Of a DNA stretch of 53,939 nucleotides, positions 42,862-51,244 are shown in pieces. The stretch is from a virus (taxonomy: Duplodnaviria; Caudoviricetes), in the IMG/VR virus record IMGVR_UViG_3300027741_000088, positions 1-53,939 of that record; one strand, written 5' to 3'. How positions within the stretch are numbered: position 1 is the stretch's first letter; every line of letters starts with the position of its first letter. The notes beneath the pieces are model-generated. The model saw only the letters and a program-made list of their open reading frames with translations, had not been told where the DNA came from and ran no database searches. The position numbers were made by a program, and so were the translations under genes.

Positions 42862-44877
42862 TTAAGGAACAATTCTTACGTAACCAGCACACAATGCCAT
42901 TCCTATAGATGTGCCAACTGTTCCTGAGTTATTAAATCCCACTCTCCAGTATAAAGTATCACCAGGTGCATATGGGTAATTAATTGTATTAGAACCTGAT
43001 CCACCATAAGGAGTTGTTGAATTATAAGCTGGCATTACAATGTAATTATTTCCAATATTTGTACCAATCACAGGACGAAATATTGATCTAGTATTATCAC
43101 CGGCTGTTCTAAGATATACAGCTGATAGAGTATTAGTAAATACTTCATTTTTTGCTATTTCAATATACCATTGTGCAAGATTAGTATTCTCACTTTTTTC
43201 AAAAAGAAAATTACCTTCAATGGTACCTTGCCCATTTTTTAACCTGGATGACAGTTCATTAGCTGGCATTACACCTGATAATGCTCTAGGATAAACACTT
43301 GCAGTTCCAACTTGTGACTGCAAAGCCCCGCTTCCCATTATACCAGCTGAACAAAAAGGCCCAATTGCAAGGTAATACGATGTGTTGGTAACATTTCCTG
43401 CTGTAATTGTTCCAGAAGCAGAAATATTTCCAAAAACAGTTAATTTTTCATTTGGTGTTGTGGTGCCCATGCCTACATTACCATTTCTATCAATAGACAT
43501 TGCAGGTATTCCCATGGCAGGAGCAAATACACTGCTGATGCCAAACACATTGGTGATTTCATCATAAGATGCAAATGCACCAGAGAAACCAGACAATGTG
43601 GTACTGCCTGGTGTGGATTCTCCTATGCGTAGCGAAGGATTGGTACCATCATTAGCTGGACTGTGAATTAAATCTAGATTGCGACCAGTGGAAGAATAGA
43701 AAAATAAATTACCAGAAGCTGAAATATTACCTTGCACAGTTAAAGCATTGGCAACACTATCAGTACCAATGCCCACATTGCCTGGGAAGAATATGCCACC
43801 TGCTGCACTCACCAGGAACTGGTCTGTTCTGGTGGTTGAAACGGTATCAGTATTAGTATCACCTTTCCATATCCAGGTTCTGTCATATGCTGCTTCTGCA
43901 TAACCGCCAGCTGCATGGCTATTTTCACCTCTAGCCACCGTGAAGATACCTTCTGCATGGCCATATGCTCCAAGAGCAGACACACTATATCCTTGAGTAT
44001 GGCTATAATTACCTACAGCACCAGTGCGGCTACCTTCAGCATGTGCACGGCTACCTGAAGCAATGTTAAAGGTACCTTCCGCATGACTGCGGGTACCTGA
44101 TGCTGTATTATTTGTACCTTCTGCATGACTATAATTACCTGAAGCAATATTATAAGATCCTTCTACATGACTATGTAACCCTGAAGCAACATTGGAATTA
44201 CCTTCTGCATGGCTAGCATTCCCTGAAGCAATATTGCTTTCACCCTCTGCATGAGCATAAAATCCAGTAGCGGAAGTGTAATACCCTTCTGCATGAGAAT
44301 AAATCTGTGAAGCCAATGTAGCACCGCCTTCTGCATGGCTACCATAACCTGAAGCTACACTCTCAGTGTTCTCTGCATGGCTATAATCACCTGAAGCTAA
44401 TGTACCGCTACCTTCTGCATGACTGGCAACACCTGAAGCTGTTGTACCTGTACCCTCAGCTAGAGCATAGCTATTAGTTGCTTGGCTGCTAAAAAACTCT
44501 GCTCTTAAGCCATTCTTTAGCTGAAAAGCTGCAACATTATCATCAAGAAATACTGCAATAGGCTGCGTACCATTTTGTTGCACAGTAAAAGCAGGGCCTG
44601 TGCCATTATTAATTACACTCAATGCACTAGTAACTGTAACAATTGTATCAACTACAGAGAAGTCACCCAATGCTGACAAATTGCCTCTTATTAATGTGTT
44701 GCCACCAATGGTCAAATTGCCTGTGGCAGAAAGAGCACCAATGACATGAAAATCGCCTCTGAATGGTTCTTGAGGAGAAGCTATAGGATCTGCACCAGAA
44801 TCAGGATAACCTGCTGAAGGCAATGTGTGGTGATTTCTTCTGTGATATTTGTTATGAAATCGTGCATTACTGGCCAT
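42862..44877 (-). CDS. Tail fibre protein B with trimeric-autotransporter-head-like SHAEG repeats
   Basis: 14-aa ASGxxSHAEG repeats; GNVGIGT motifs; shares modules with fibre A. Confidence 0.8.
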   Translation of the reverse strand: MASNARFHNKYHRRNHHTLPSAGYPDSGADPIASPQEPFRGDFHVIGALSATGNLTIGGNTLIRGNLSALGDFSVVDTIVTVTSALSVINNGTGPAFTVQQNGTQPIAVFLDDNVAAFQLKNGLRAEFFSSQATNSYALAEGTGTTASGVASHAEGSGTLASGDYSHAENTESVASGYGSHAEGGATLASQIYSHAEGYYTSATGFYAHAEGESNIASGNASHAEGNSNVASGLHSHVEGSYNIASGNYSHAEGTNNTASGTRSHAEGTFNIASGSRAHAEGSRTGAVGNYSHTQGYSVSALGAYGHAEGIFTVARGENSHAAGGYAEAAYDRTWIWKGDTNTDTVSTTRTDQFLVSAAGGIFFPGNVGIGTDSVANALTVQGNISASGNLFFYSSTGRNLDLIHSPANDGTNPSLRIGESTPGSTTLSGFSGAFASYDEITNVFGISSVFAPAMGIPAMSIDRNGNVGMGTTTPNEKLTVFGNISASGTITAGNVTNTSYYLAIGPFCSAGIMGSGALQSQVGTASVYPRALSGVMPANELSSRLKNGQGTIEGNFLFEKSENTNLAQWYIEIAKNEVFTNTLSAVYLRTAGDNTRSIFRPVIGTNIGNNYIVMPAYNSTTPYGGSGSNTINYPYAPGDTLYWRVGFNNSGTVGTSIGMALCAGYVRIVP
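43499..43620 (-). repeat. Perfect 122 bp inverted repeat, copy 2 (in fibre B)
   Basis: Reverse complement is identical to 32817..32938. Confidence 0.93.
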
Positions 44878-44902
44878 ATGATTATTTATTTAATTCTGCA
44901 AG

Positions 44903-46015
44903 TTAATACCCTGAATAGGTTTTCTTAAACATGAATTTTTTTATATCTTCATTGGGTTTTGCCAGTCTTATCAAAGGTTGTTCTTCTTTTTCATACCGAA
45001 TAACATAAACAATCACAATATCACCAATTTCCATGAGAAATGCTAACAAAAGGCAAACCCATGCTGTAATTTCAAAATTAAACAGCGCAGAGAATGACAA
45101 TTTAATAATATTATCAGAACCTATAATTTCTGCAGATTTATACTCCACATTAAGTTTTGAAGCAATAGTAGAAAGTGTGCCATTCACATCAATAAGAGCA
45201 TTCTCCAATTCTTTGAATGTTTTGCATGAATTAACTTCTTTTTTTAACACTATAAACTTTTCATCCAATAGTTTGTTTGCCATTTTTAATTTGTTGAGAT
45301 CATCTTTGGTTTGATCTTTTATTAAATTGGCTTCTCTGTCTATGCTCTGTTCATTGGCTTTGTTTTCTAATTCAGCCTCACTTTGCAGTCTTCTCACTTC
45401 TGCTTGTAATTCTTTGGCTCTGGGACCATTGCCTTCTTTGCCAGAACTATAATCAGCTCTGACTCCTGACTTTTCATCAATGACTCTTTGATTGGCTTCA
45501 TTGATTAGTTTTAGTTTTTCTGTTTTTTTCTTGGAAAGTTTTTCTTCTATATCTGATAATTTCTGTCTTTCTTGTTCTTTAATAGACTGTTCATCTTCTG
45601 TGGCCTTCTTTTTGCTATTGATTTCAAATTCATTGATCTGTTCTGTAACTTTAATCTTACTCAACTTGACACTGTCTTGCAGACCTGTTTCTGCATAAAA
45701 ACCTGAAAAGTCAAATATGGTGGGCAATAAACTCAAAAATACACAAAGCAGAGCAGCTTTTCTGGGAAACTTGTCCCTGCCAAACAATATGATTTTAACA
45801 CAATATGGTAGTCCCACCACTCCCAAACTGGCCAATCCAACCAAGAACCAGTTCCATGTTACCAAGATGAGATTCAAGGCATGAAATGCAAAACAGTAGG
45901 CAACACCAATGATGATCCAATAGACCACATCAATGGCTTGAGCAGAGATCTTGTGTGAAGTATCAAAGCCAAAGATAGTAGGGTAGTTAAATTTGGTCTG
46001 TGCCAAATTTTTCAC
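44903..46015 (-). CDS. Membrane protein with long coiled coil (DUF4407-like)
   Basis: Three N-terminal TM segments, coiled coil with SGKEGNGPRAKE, C-terminal TM. Confidence 0.6.
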   Translation of the reverse strand: MKNLAQTKFNYPTIFGFDTSHKISAQAIDVVYWIIIGVAYCFAFHALNLILVTWNWFLVGLASLGVVGLPYCVKIILFGRDKFPRKAALLCVFLSLLPTIFDFSGFYAETGLQDSVKLSKIKVTEQINEFEINSKKKATEDEQSIKEQERQKLSDIEEKLSKKKTEKLKLINEANQRVIDEKSGVRADYSSGKEGNGPRAKELQAEVRRLQSEAELENKANEQSIDREANLIKDQTKDDLNKLKMANKLLDEKFIVLKKEVNSCKTFKELENALIDVNGTLSTIASKLNVEYKSAEIIGSDNIIKLSFSALFNFEITAWVCLLLAFLMEIGDIVIVYVIRYEKEEQPLIRLAKPNEDIKKFMFKKTYSGY

Positions 46016-46227
46016 TTCTTCTTCTTTTTGGCTTTTGCTTTTTTTTTCTTTTTAGGTTTTACAGGCTCTTCAATATCAAATGTATCATCAACACCTGAAT
46101 TTTCATCTTTGTAGCCTTTAACACCATCGACTATGTCAGACACTCTGAATTTAATAGAATCAATTGTATCTTCTATTTTGAATCTGATATCATAGTATGC
46201 ATCTAGTACCTTGTCAAATAGGTTCAT
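46012..46227 (-). CDS. Hypothetical protein with Lys-rich tail
   Basis: 71 aa; overlaps next gene by 4 nt. Confidence 0.6.
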   Translation of the reverse strand: MNLFDKVLDAYYDIRFKIEDTIDSIKFRVSDIVDGVKGYKDENSGVDDTFDIEEPVKPKKKKKAKAKKKKK

Positions 46228-46270
46228 ATGTAATTATATTTATTCTATAATTACAAAGAGAAATGAATTT

Positions 46271-46768
46271 TTATCGTTTATTCTTATTGGCGCATTGACA
46301 ATGTTCCACATAAGGACAAGGAGAACACCTGGGCTCCTTGGTATATTCATTGTCAAAATAAATATCAGGCCGGATACAAGTGCCACCATAAGGAACTTGG
46401 CACCCATCTTTGCCACCAGTCATTTCTTCCACATATGCCTTGAAAGTATCATATTGTTTAGGCTCTGTAGGTGTAAAGACCAAATTGCTGTTAGCTTTGG
46501 TTCTCTCAACTCTGGGTCTTTTCAATAGCTTGAGTCTTGCAAGCACTTGCAAATCAATGCTGAATGGTCTTTTACCTGTAGGAAGCAATTGCATTTGAAC
46601 TTGTTCAGGCTGAATGCGGTTCTTTAATAATTGCCTGGCTTCTCTGCACACATAATGACTTTCAAATTGTTCTTCATTGCCAAACTTAACTGCCATTTTG
46701 GCAATAGTTGGTCCGGACACACGTTTTTCAATACCAGATACTATGCAGCTAATTACTTTTGACTTCAT
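46271..46768 (-). CDS. Cys-rich putative metal-binding protein
   Basis: CIVSG...YVCREA and C..C..CSPCPYVEHCQC; TTGAAA-16-TATAAT-7-ATG. Confidence 0.7.
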   Translation of the reverse strand: MKSKVISCIVSGIEKRVSGPTIAKMAVKFGNEEQFESHYVCREARQLLKNRIQPEQVQMQLLPTGKRPFSIDLQVLARLKLLKRPRVERTKANSNLVFTPTEPKQYDTFKAYVEEMTGGKDGCQVPYGGTCIRPDIYFDNEYTKEPRCSPCPYVEHCQCANKNKR

Positions 46769-46832
46769 TAATCTTATTATACATGAAATAAATTTGCTTT
46801 CAATTCTTTTTTGTTTATACTATACTATTAAT

Positions 46833-47150
46833 ATGGACAATTTAGAAGCAGTGTTGCTAGAGCTACACAGCATCTCTGAGGATACTGGTCGTGACATTTT
46901 TATTGATACAGACATATATGATCAAGAAGGCTTCTATATTGTGGTCAGTGAATCTGGCAAGATAGGTGCTTTTGGATTTGTGTTGCAAGATAACGATACA
47001 CAAGAAATAACATTTCTTGTTTTGGATCATAACAAAATAAAATATCTTCATGATGAAGGGTTCAAACTTAATGATTTTTATAAAGTCATGGGTGAGAAGC
47101 TGTTCCGTAAACTGGATAAAGAAACTTTCTTGTCAGAAATGTCTGAATAA
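46833..47150 (+). CDS. Hypothetical acidic protein
   Basis: Start reassigned to ATG 46833, 6 nt after TATACT. Confidence 0.65.
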   Translation: MDNLEAVLLELHSISEDTGRDIFIDTDIYDQEGFYIVVSESGKIGAFGFVLQDNDTQEITFLVLDHNKIKYLHDEGFKLNDFYKVMGEKLFRKLDKETFLSEMSE

Positions 47151-47157
47151 AAAAACC

Positions 47158-47205
47158 TTGATATTAACGTAATATAACGTATAATTTAACAATATGAGAG
47201 GAGGT
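47158..47205 (+). promoter_or_regulatory. Sigma70-type promoter plus strong Shine-Dalgarno
   Basis: TTGATA 47158-63, 16 nt spacer, TATAAT 47180-85; AGGAGGT 47199-205, 6 nt before ATG 47212. Confidence 0.75.
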
Positions 47206-47211
47206 AAACAA

Positions 47212-47412
47212 ATGAACATTGATTATTCTAACAAGGATCTTCGCCCGAAGACCTTTTTTGCAAAGATCGAGCGCAGCCGTAACGGTACTTTCACCGTTAA
47301 GCGTGTTAAGGTACTCGAGCAGGCTAACCAGCATGCTCGTTCCATCCGTCGCACCGACGCTCGCGACTTCACTCGTGCCGTCAACCGTGCTGGCGCGTTG
47401 AACGTCGCCTAA
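47212..47412 (+). CDS. Small Arg-rich protein, GC-rich gene (66 aa MNIDYSNKDLRPKTFFAK...LNVA)
   Basis: SD-led ATG; 106/201 G+C by hand count; followed by terminator. Confidence 0.85.
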   Translation: MNIDYSNKDLRPKTFFAKIERSRNGTFTVKRVKVLEQANQHARSIRRTDARDFTRAVNRAGALNVA

Positions 47413-47434
47413 TTTCGAAATTAGGTGATTCTAA

Positions 47435-47471
47435 GGAGCCCTGCAGCTAATACCTGCAGGGCTTCTTTTTT
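47435..47471 (+). terminator. Rho-independent terminator
   Basis: AGCCCTGCAG-CTAATAC-CTGCAGGGCT followed by a T tract. Confidence 0.88.
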
Positions 47472-47544
47472 CTGTAAGTAGTTAAGTCGCAACACCATAA
47501 AGTCAACTTTTTTTGCTTGTGCATTTTTTGTTTTCATATATAAT

Positions 47545-47772
47545 ATGCACATGATTAAAAACCCTCCGTTTCCTGTAGGCTTAAAAACTCAGATGAAAGT
47601 AATCTATAACAATCCAGAGAAAAATCGCAACCGGTATGGCAGAATGGTGTATGGCCATAAAACTGCTGGTGCCATTGAGATCATGACCAAAGATTGCTGG
47701 GATAATAACAAGAAGTACTTTGAACCCATTGGTGCTCGTAGCTGTGTGAAGAACTTCTCCAAAAGCACATGA
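47545..47772 (+). CDS. Hypothetical protein (start may be 47551)
   Basis: TATAAT at 47539-44, 6 nt before ATG 47551. Confidence 0.6.
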   Translation: MHMIKNPPFPVGLKTQMKVIYNNPEKNRNRYGRMVYGHKTAGAIEIMTKDCWDNNKKYFEPIGARSCVKNFSKST

Positions 47773-48032
47773 AGATTATTAAGAAAGATTTTGATAATGT
47801 GATCAATGACTGTGCTTCAGTCAATATTGCCAGAACTCGTGGTGGCACAGTGTTTGAATTATCTTTTAAGCCTCATGCTGGTATGAAAGAAGGCCATAAG
47901 ATATACATCACAAAAAAAGAAGTGAATTCTTTGATTACCAACCTTAAATCTACTATGGAAGCATACGATTGTATGTACAATTCATATGGATACTATCACA
48001 AGAAGACAACAGCTGCTGGAGAAGCTGACTGA
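47769..48032 (+). CDS. Hypothetical protein
   Basis: 87 aa; ATGA overlap. Confidence 0.6.
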   Translation: MKIIKKDFDNVINDCASVNIARTRGGTVFELSFKPHAGMKEGHKIYITKKEVNSLITNLKSTMEAYDCMYNSYGYYHKKTTAAGEAD

Positions 48033-48252
48033 TTTAACTACTGACGAGATAGAGACCAGAATTCATGAATTGGACCTGTATTTTTACACAGGCATTTCTC
48101 CCATGTGGGCCATGTGCAAGGTCAAAGACTTCATGGATGTGGATTACTTGGATGAGAGATTTTTACAGCACTATTATCACATGTGCAATTATGAATTGTT
48201 GGGCAGATGCAAAAGCTTCACTCTGGTGCCACATTTAAAGTTTAAGCTTTAA
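47986..48252 (+). CDS. Hypothetical protein
   Basis: 88 aa ORF in operon context. Confidence 0.55.
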   Translation: MDTITRRQQLLEKLTDLTTDEIETRIHELDLYFYTGISPMWAMCKVKDFMDVDYLDERFLQHYYHMCNYELLGRCKSFTLVPHLKFKL

Positions 48253-48299
48253 ACAACTACAATCAGTTTAATTATTAATAGAGAGCATAAATATATTAT

Positions 48300-48560
48300 A
48301 TGGCCGATAATATCACATACACTTATGTTGACAGCATTCAAACACGTTTTTTCAATAGTTTTGTTAATTTAACTAAAGCTAATCCTACTGCTTATCCTGC
48401 CATTTCTTCTGTAAGATATGAGTATAATGATACATCAGTTGGTGGTTCCAATGTACCTGTTCTAACTGCAGTATATATATTTGATCAGTGGGCTTTTAGA
48501 GTAGCTTCACTATCTGGTTTTAGTACCACTGGTGGCTTACAGACACCTTTTGGCCCATAA
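48300..48560 (+). CDS. Small late protein, possibly virion
   Basis: TAAATA 6 nt upstream; composition like the virion proteins. Confidence 0.6.
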   Translation: MADNITYTYVDSIQTRFFNSFVNLTKANPTAYPAISSVRYEYNDTSVGGSNVPVLTAVYIFDQWAFRVASLSGFSTTGGLQTPFGP

Positions 48561-48595
48561 GTTGCATTTTAAAGTTTTTATAATATAATAAAAAC

Positions 48596-48742
48596 ATGGC
48601 AGGCAAAGGATCAAGACCAAGACCCGTAAAAAAGAAAACATTCGATAATAATTTTGATCAAATTAATTGGGCTGCAGTTCAAGACCAAGAGATCAGAAAT
48701 TATAGAGTTAAAAAAGGTAAAAAGATTTACAAATATCCTTGA
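48596..48742 (+). CDS. Small basic phage protein (not in ORF track), 48 aa MAGKGSRPRPVKKKTFDNNFDQINW...
   Basis: Own translation; GKGSxPRP...F..NFD.I is a motif I recognise from small phage proteins. Confidence 0.7.
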   Translation: MAGKGSRPRPVKKKTFDNNFDQINWAAVQDQEIRNYRVKKGKKIYKYP

Positions 48743-48774
48743 CTGCCTACATAGTTTCAAGTATACTAGATAGC

Positions 48775-49074
48775 ATGAAACTTACAGCAGAAGCAGAACA
48801 TCTCATTGATCAGCTTGGCCTTATTTCTTCTCAATTTGAGTTTTATGAGAAAGAATGTTACAAGCTTGATAAAGAAGCACAACAAATTCAAGAACTAGGT
48901 GAAGATATCACTGCAGAAGACACAGACAAGCTAGATGTTATTATCAAAAAACTTGATGAGCTTTATGCTCGTTATCAAAGGGACAGAGATACATACAGTA
49001 AGCTCATTATGCAGACAAACAACTATTTCAAAACTAAATATGGCATGAATTTTAATCTTGATAAGATGATCTGA
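48775..49074 (+). CDS. Hypothetical coiled-coil protein
   Basis: Start reassigned: TTGACT-17-TATACT-7-ATG 48775. Confidence 0.65.
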   Translation: MKLTAEAEHLIDQLGLISSQFEFYEKECYKLDKEAQQIQELGEDITAEDTDKLDVIIKKLDELYARYQRDRDTYSKLIMQTNNYFKTKYGMNFNLDKMI

Positions 49075-49439
49075 TGTATCATCGTAAAAAAAGAAAAGGT
49101 CTTCCCTACACATTTCAAGAATTTGCATTCTTTTCTCCTAAACAATTTGATGCACTAGTCCCTGTGGAAGAAAAGGATATGCTATTCAAGCTCAAGATAT
49201 GTACCAACTCTAACAGAGTTTTCTCAGGTCCTTTTTTTATGGAAAGTGCTGTTCAACATGAGGTTACAGAGAAAGAACTTAAGAAAATGCTCAAGATTGT
49301 GAATGAAACACCAGGTCTTATCATATATGGTGAAGAATATACTATTACAGATGATTACAATGGTCTTTGGAAGTATTATGGAAAAGAAGGAGAAATACCT
49401 TTGGCTAATATTATTACAGAAGAACTGTTGGCCCAGTAG
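49074..49439 (+). CDS. Hypothetical protein
   Basis: 121 aa; TGATG coupling; stop codon lies inside tRNA-Leu. Confidence 0.65.
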   Translation: MYHRKKRKGLPYTFQEFAFFSPKQFDALVPVEEKDMLFKLKICTNSNRVFSGPFFMESAVQHEVTEKELKKMLKIVNETPGLIIYGEEYTITDDYNGLWKYYGKEGEIPLANIITEELLAQ

Positions 49440-49502
49440 CCCAATGGCAGAGGCAAACGACTTAAAATCGTTCAAGTGTCAGTTCGAGTCTGACCCGGGC
49501 CA
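49430..49502 (+). tRNA. tRNA-Leu(TAA) with short variable loop
   Basis: Acceptor GGCCCAG/CCGGGCC (one A.C mismatch), AACGA-CTTAAAA-TCGTT, GTCAG-TTCGAGT-CTGAC, A73. Confidence 0.85.
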
Positions 49503-49559
49503 TAAAATATCCAAGAAGATAATATTGACCTTGCAAAATAATCATATATAATCATTTCT

Positions 49560-49757
49560 ATGAAACGTACAGATCTTATTGATAAAAAGGTTTTGTTTTT
49601 ACATTACCCAGTTTCTAAATTTAATGTACTTGAAGGCAAGGTAAAAGAGTACTCGCCATCAAACAACTTTATTAAAATTAATACTGATTGGTATTTGTTA
49701 GAAAATATTAGAATTTTAGAAATGTTCCCTGAAGAAAAGAAAACATTAGGCTTTTAA
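49560..49757 (+). CDS. Hypothetical protein
   Basis: TTGACC-16-TATAAT-7-ATG. Confidence 0.6.
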   Translation: MKRTDLIDKKVLFLHYPVSKFNVLEGKVKEYSPSNNFIKINTDWYLLENIRILEMFPEEKKTLGF

Positions 49758-50579
49758 TTTAATTTCACCATTGTCCCAATAGGTTGGTACTTTGATCCAA
49801 CCATCTGCATAGATGTCGTGCTCATAATAGCCCCTACCATGCACTCCAGGACCAAACCAAGTATCTGGACTAACAACAACTTTACCAGGCAATTTACTCA
49901 AGTAAGCACCCCACCAAGAAAATGTGGAATTAGAGATAACAAAATTTTTACACAAGCTCAATAACCACAGCGCATCAAGCTCTTTGTATTCAACAAATGT
50001 TATTTTATCAGTTTTTATATTGTCCTTGCACCATGGTATGTCGTCACTAACAACATAAATAAACTCTTTATTAGGAATGCGTTCTAGTGCGTCATATATA
50101 AATTCCTTGGTAATTACAGGATGATTCTCTGGTTGAGTTAAATAATCGCCTCTTCTTACATTTATGGCAGTAACATTATTAGATGCAAGTTCTGGATAAG
50201 CTTTAAAGCATTTATTTATAAACTCTTGTGAAGGTGAAAATAAATCAATTATAGTATTCTTATTGTTTAAAAAATATTTTTCACTTTGATAATAACCATT
50301 AAATATAGTAATTTTATCTTTTACTGGTAAAACTTCAGAAAAATGAAAAGGAGCATAGACATTTTCTGAATTGAGTATATTATCTGTTTTGTCAATTAAA
50401 AAATCTATATTTTTAAAAATATTATCCATATATGGAGCTACAGGCACTTCAAATTTAGGAGCTACAAATTGTTTTCTATGAGTCAATGCTTGGGAATAAC
50501 CATGAGCTATTTGAAACATTTGATTGCCTAGCCTGCCTATCATGCGACAAGTAATAAAATCTGAAGTTAAACAATTCAT
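49746..50579 (-). CDS. GT11 alpha-1,2-fucosyltransferase-like glycosyltransferase
   Basis: GRLGNQMFQ, GYYQSEKYF, NVRRGDY, SDDIPWCK, NSTFSWWGAYL. Confidence 0.92.
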   Translation of the reverse strand: MNCLTSDFITCRMIGRLGNQMFQIAHGYSQALTHRKQFVAPKFEVPVAPYMDNIFKNIDFLIDKTDNILNSENVYAPFHFSEVLPVKDKITIFNGYYQSEKYFLNNKNTIIDLFSPSQEFINKCFKAYPELASNNVTAINVRRGDYLTQPENHPVITKEFIYDALERIPNKEFIYVVSDDIPWCKDNIKTDKITFVEYKELDALWLLSLCKNFVISNSTFSWWGAYLSKLPGKVVVSPDTWFGPGVHGRGYYEHDIYADGWIKVPTYWDNGEIKLKA

Positions 50580-51244
50580 GAAATATCTATTATAGTTTTG
50601 TTAAAAGTGTGTATAAAGGGAAATATTCCCATAGATTTTCCATGAGCATCACAATCACTATAGCCTTCAGTCTGAGGGACAGATACAGGGTAAACGATAT
50701 ATTTAATTATTTCATTTCTTGCGCTTAACCATCCATCAAGTGTGCTATCTAAATGAGGATTAAATTTATTTAAAATAAAGTCATAAATTGTATTATTGAA
50801 TGCATATGCATGTGTTGTTAAAATAGAATTAGCTTTTAAAAGATTTTTTGATACTTTTTTTAATTCTGAATCTATAACAAGACCACCAAGATGAAATACA
50901 TGCCAATCATTAAATTTCTGCAAGTCATCTAATGCTGCTTCCACAATATCAATTCCTCTATATGTATCAGAATTGTAAAAAAATGCATCATCTTCAAATA
51001 TAAGAATATTTTTAAGATTCTTTTCTTTTGCTAGTTTTATTAAGTTGTAGTGACTTAATGAACATGCTCTTAACCTGCTGTAGTCATCAAGAGGTGTATG
51101 TGTTGCATCCATGGATGCTGAAAATCTCTGTACAAAGTTATTTAAGTTGTATTTGCTTAGCTCTTTTTCAAAAGACTCTCTTCTATCAGCTCTTTTATCC
51201 AAATTTATATAATACGCTTCACTAAAATAATCTTGTAGTTTCAT
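50576..51244 (-). CDS. GT25-like glycosyltransferase
   Basis: YYINLDKRADRR, RFSA, ACSLSH, LIFEDDA, THAY. Confidence 0.88.
   Translation of the reverse strand: MKLQDYFSEAYYINLDKRADRRESFEKELSKYNLNNFVQRFSASMDATHTPLDDYSRLRACSLSHYNLIKLAKEKNLKNILIFEDDAFFYNSDTYRGIDIVEAALDDLQKFNDWHVFHLGGLVIDSELKKVSKNLLKANSILTTHAYAFNNTIYDFILNKFNPHLDSTLDGWLSARNEIIKYIVYPVSVPQTEGYSDCDAHGKSMGIFPFIHTFNKTIIDIS

Noticed and set aside
31202-43620. Diversity-generating retroelement (Mtd-N-like domains plus a repeated segment)
   Set aside because: The repeat is perfect, flanking differences are synonymous rather than adenine-specific, it is not at the C-terminus, and no reverse transcriptase is in the window.
46677-46832. N-terminal extension of ORF 46677-47150
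   Set aside because: Overlaps the divergent gene and promoter region; ATG 46833 fits the promoter spacing.
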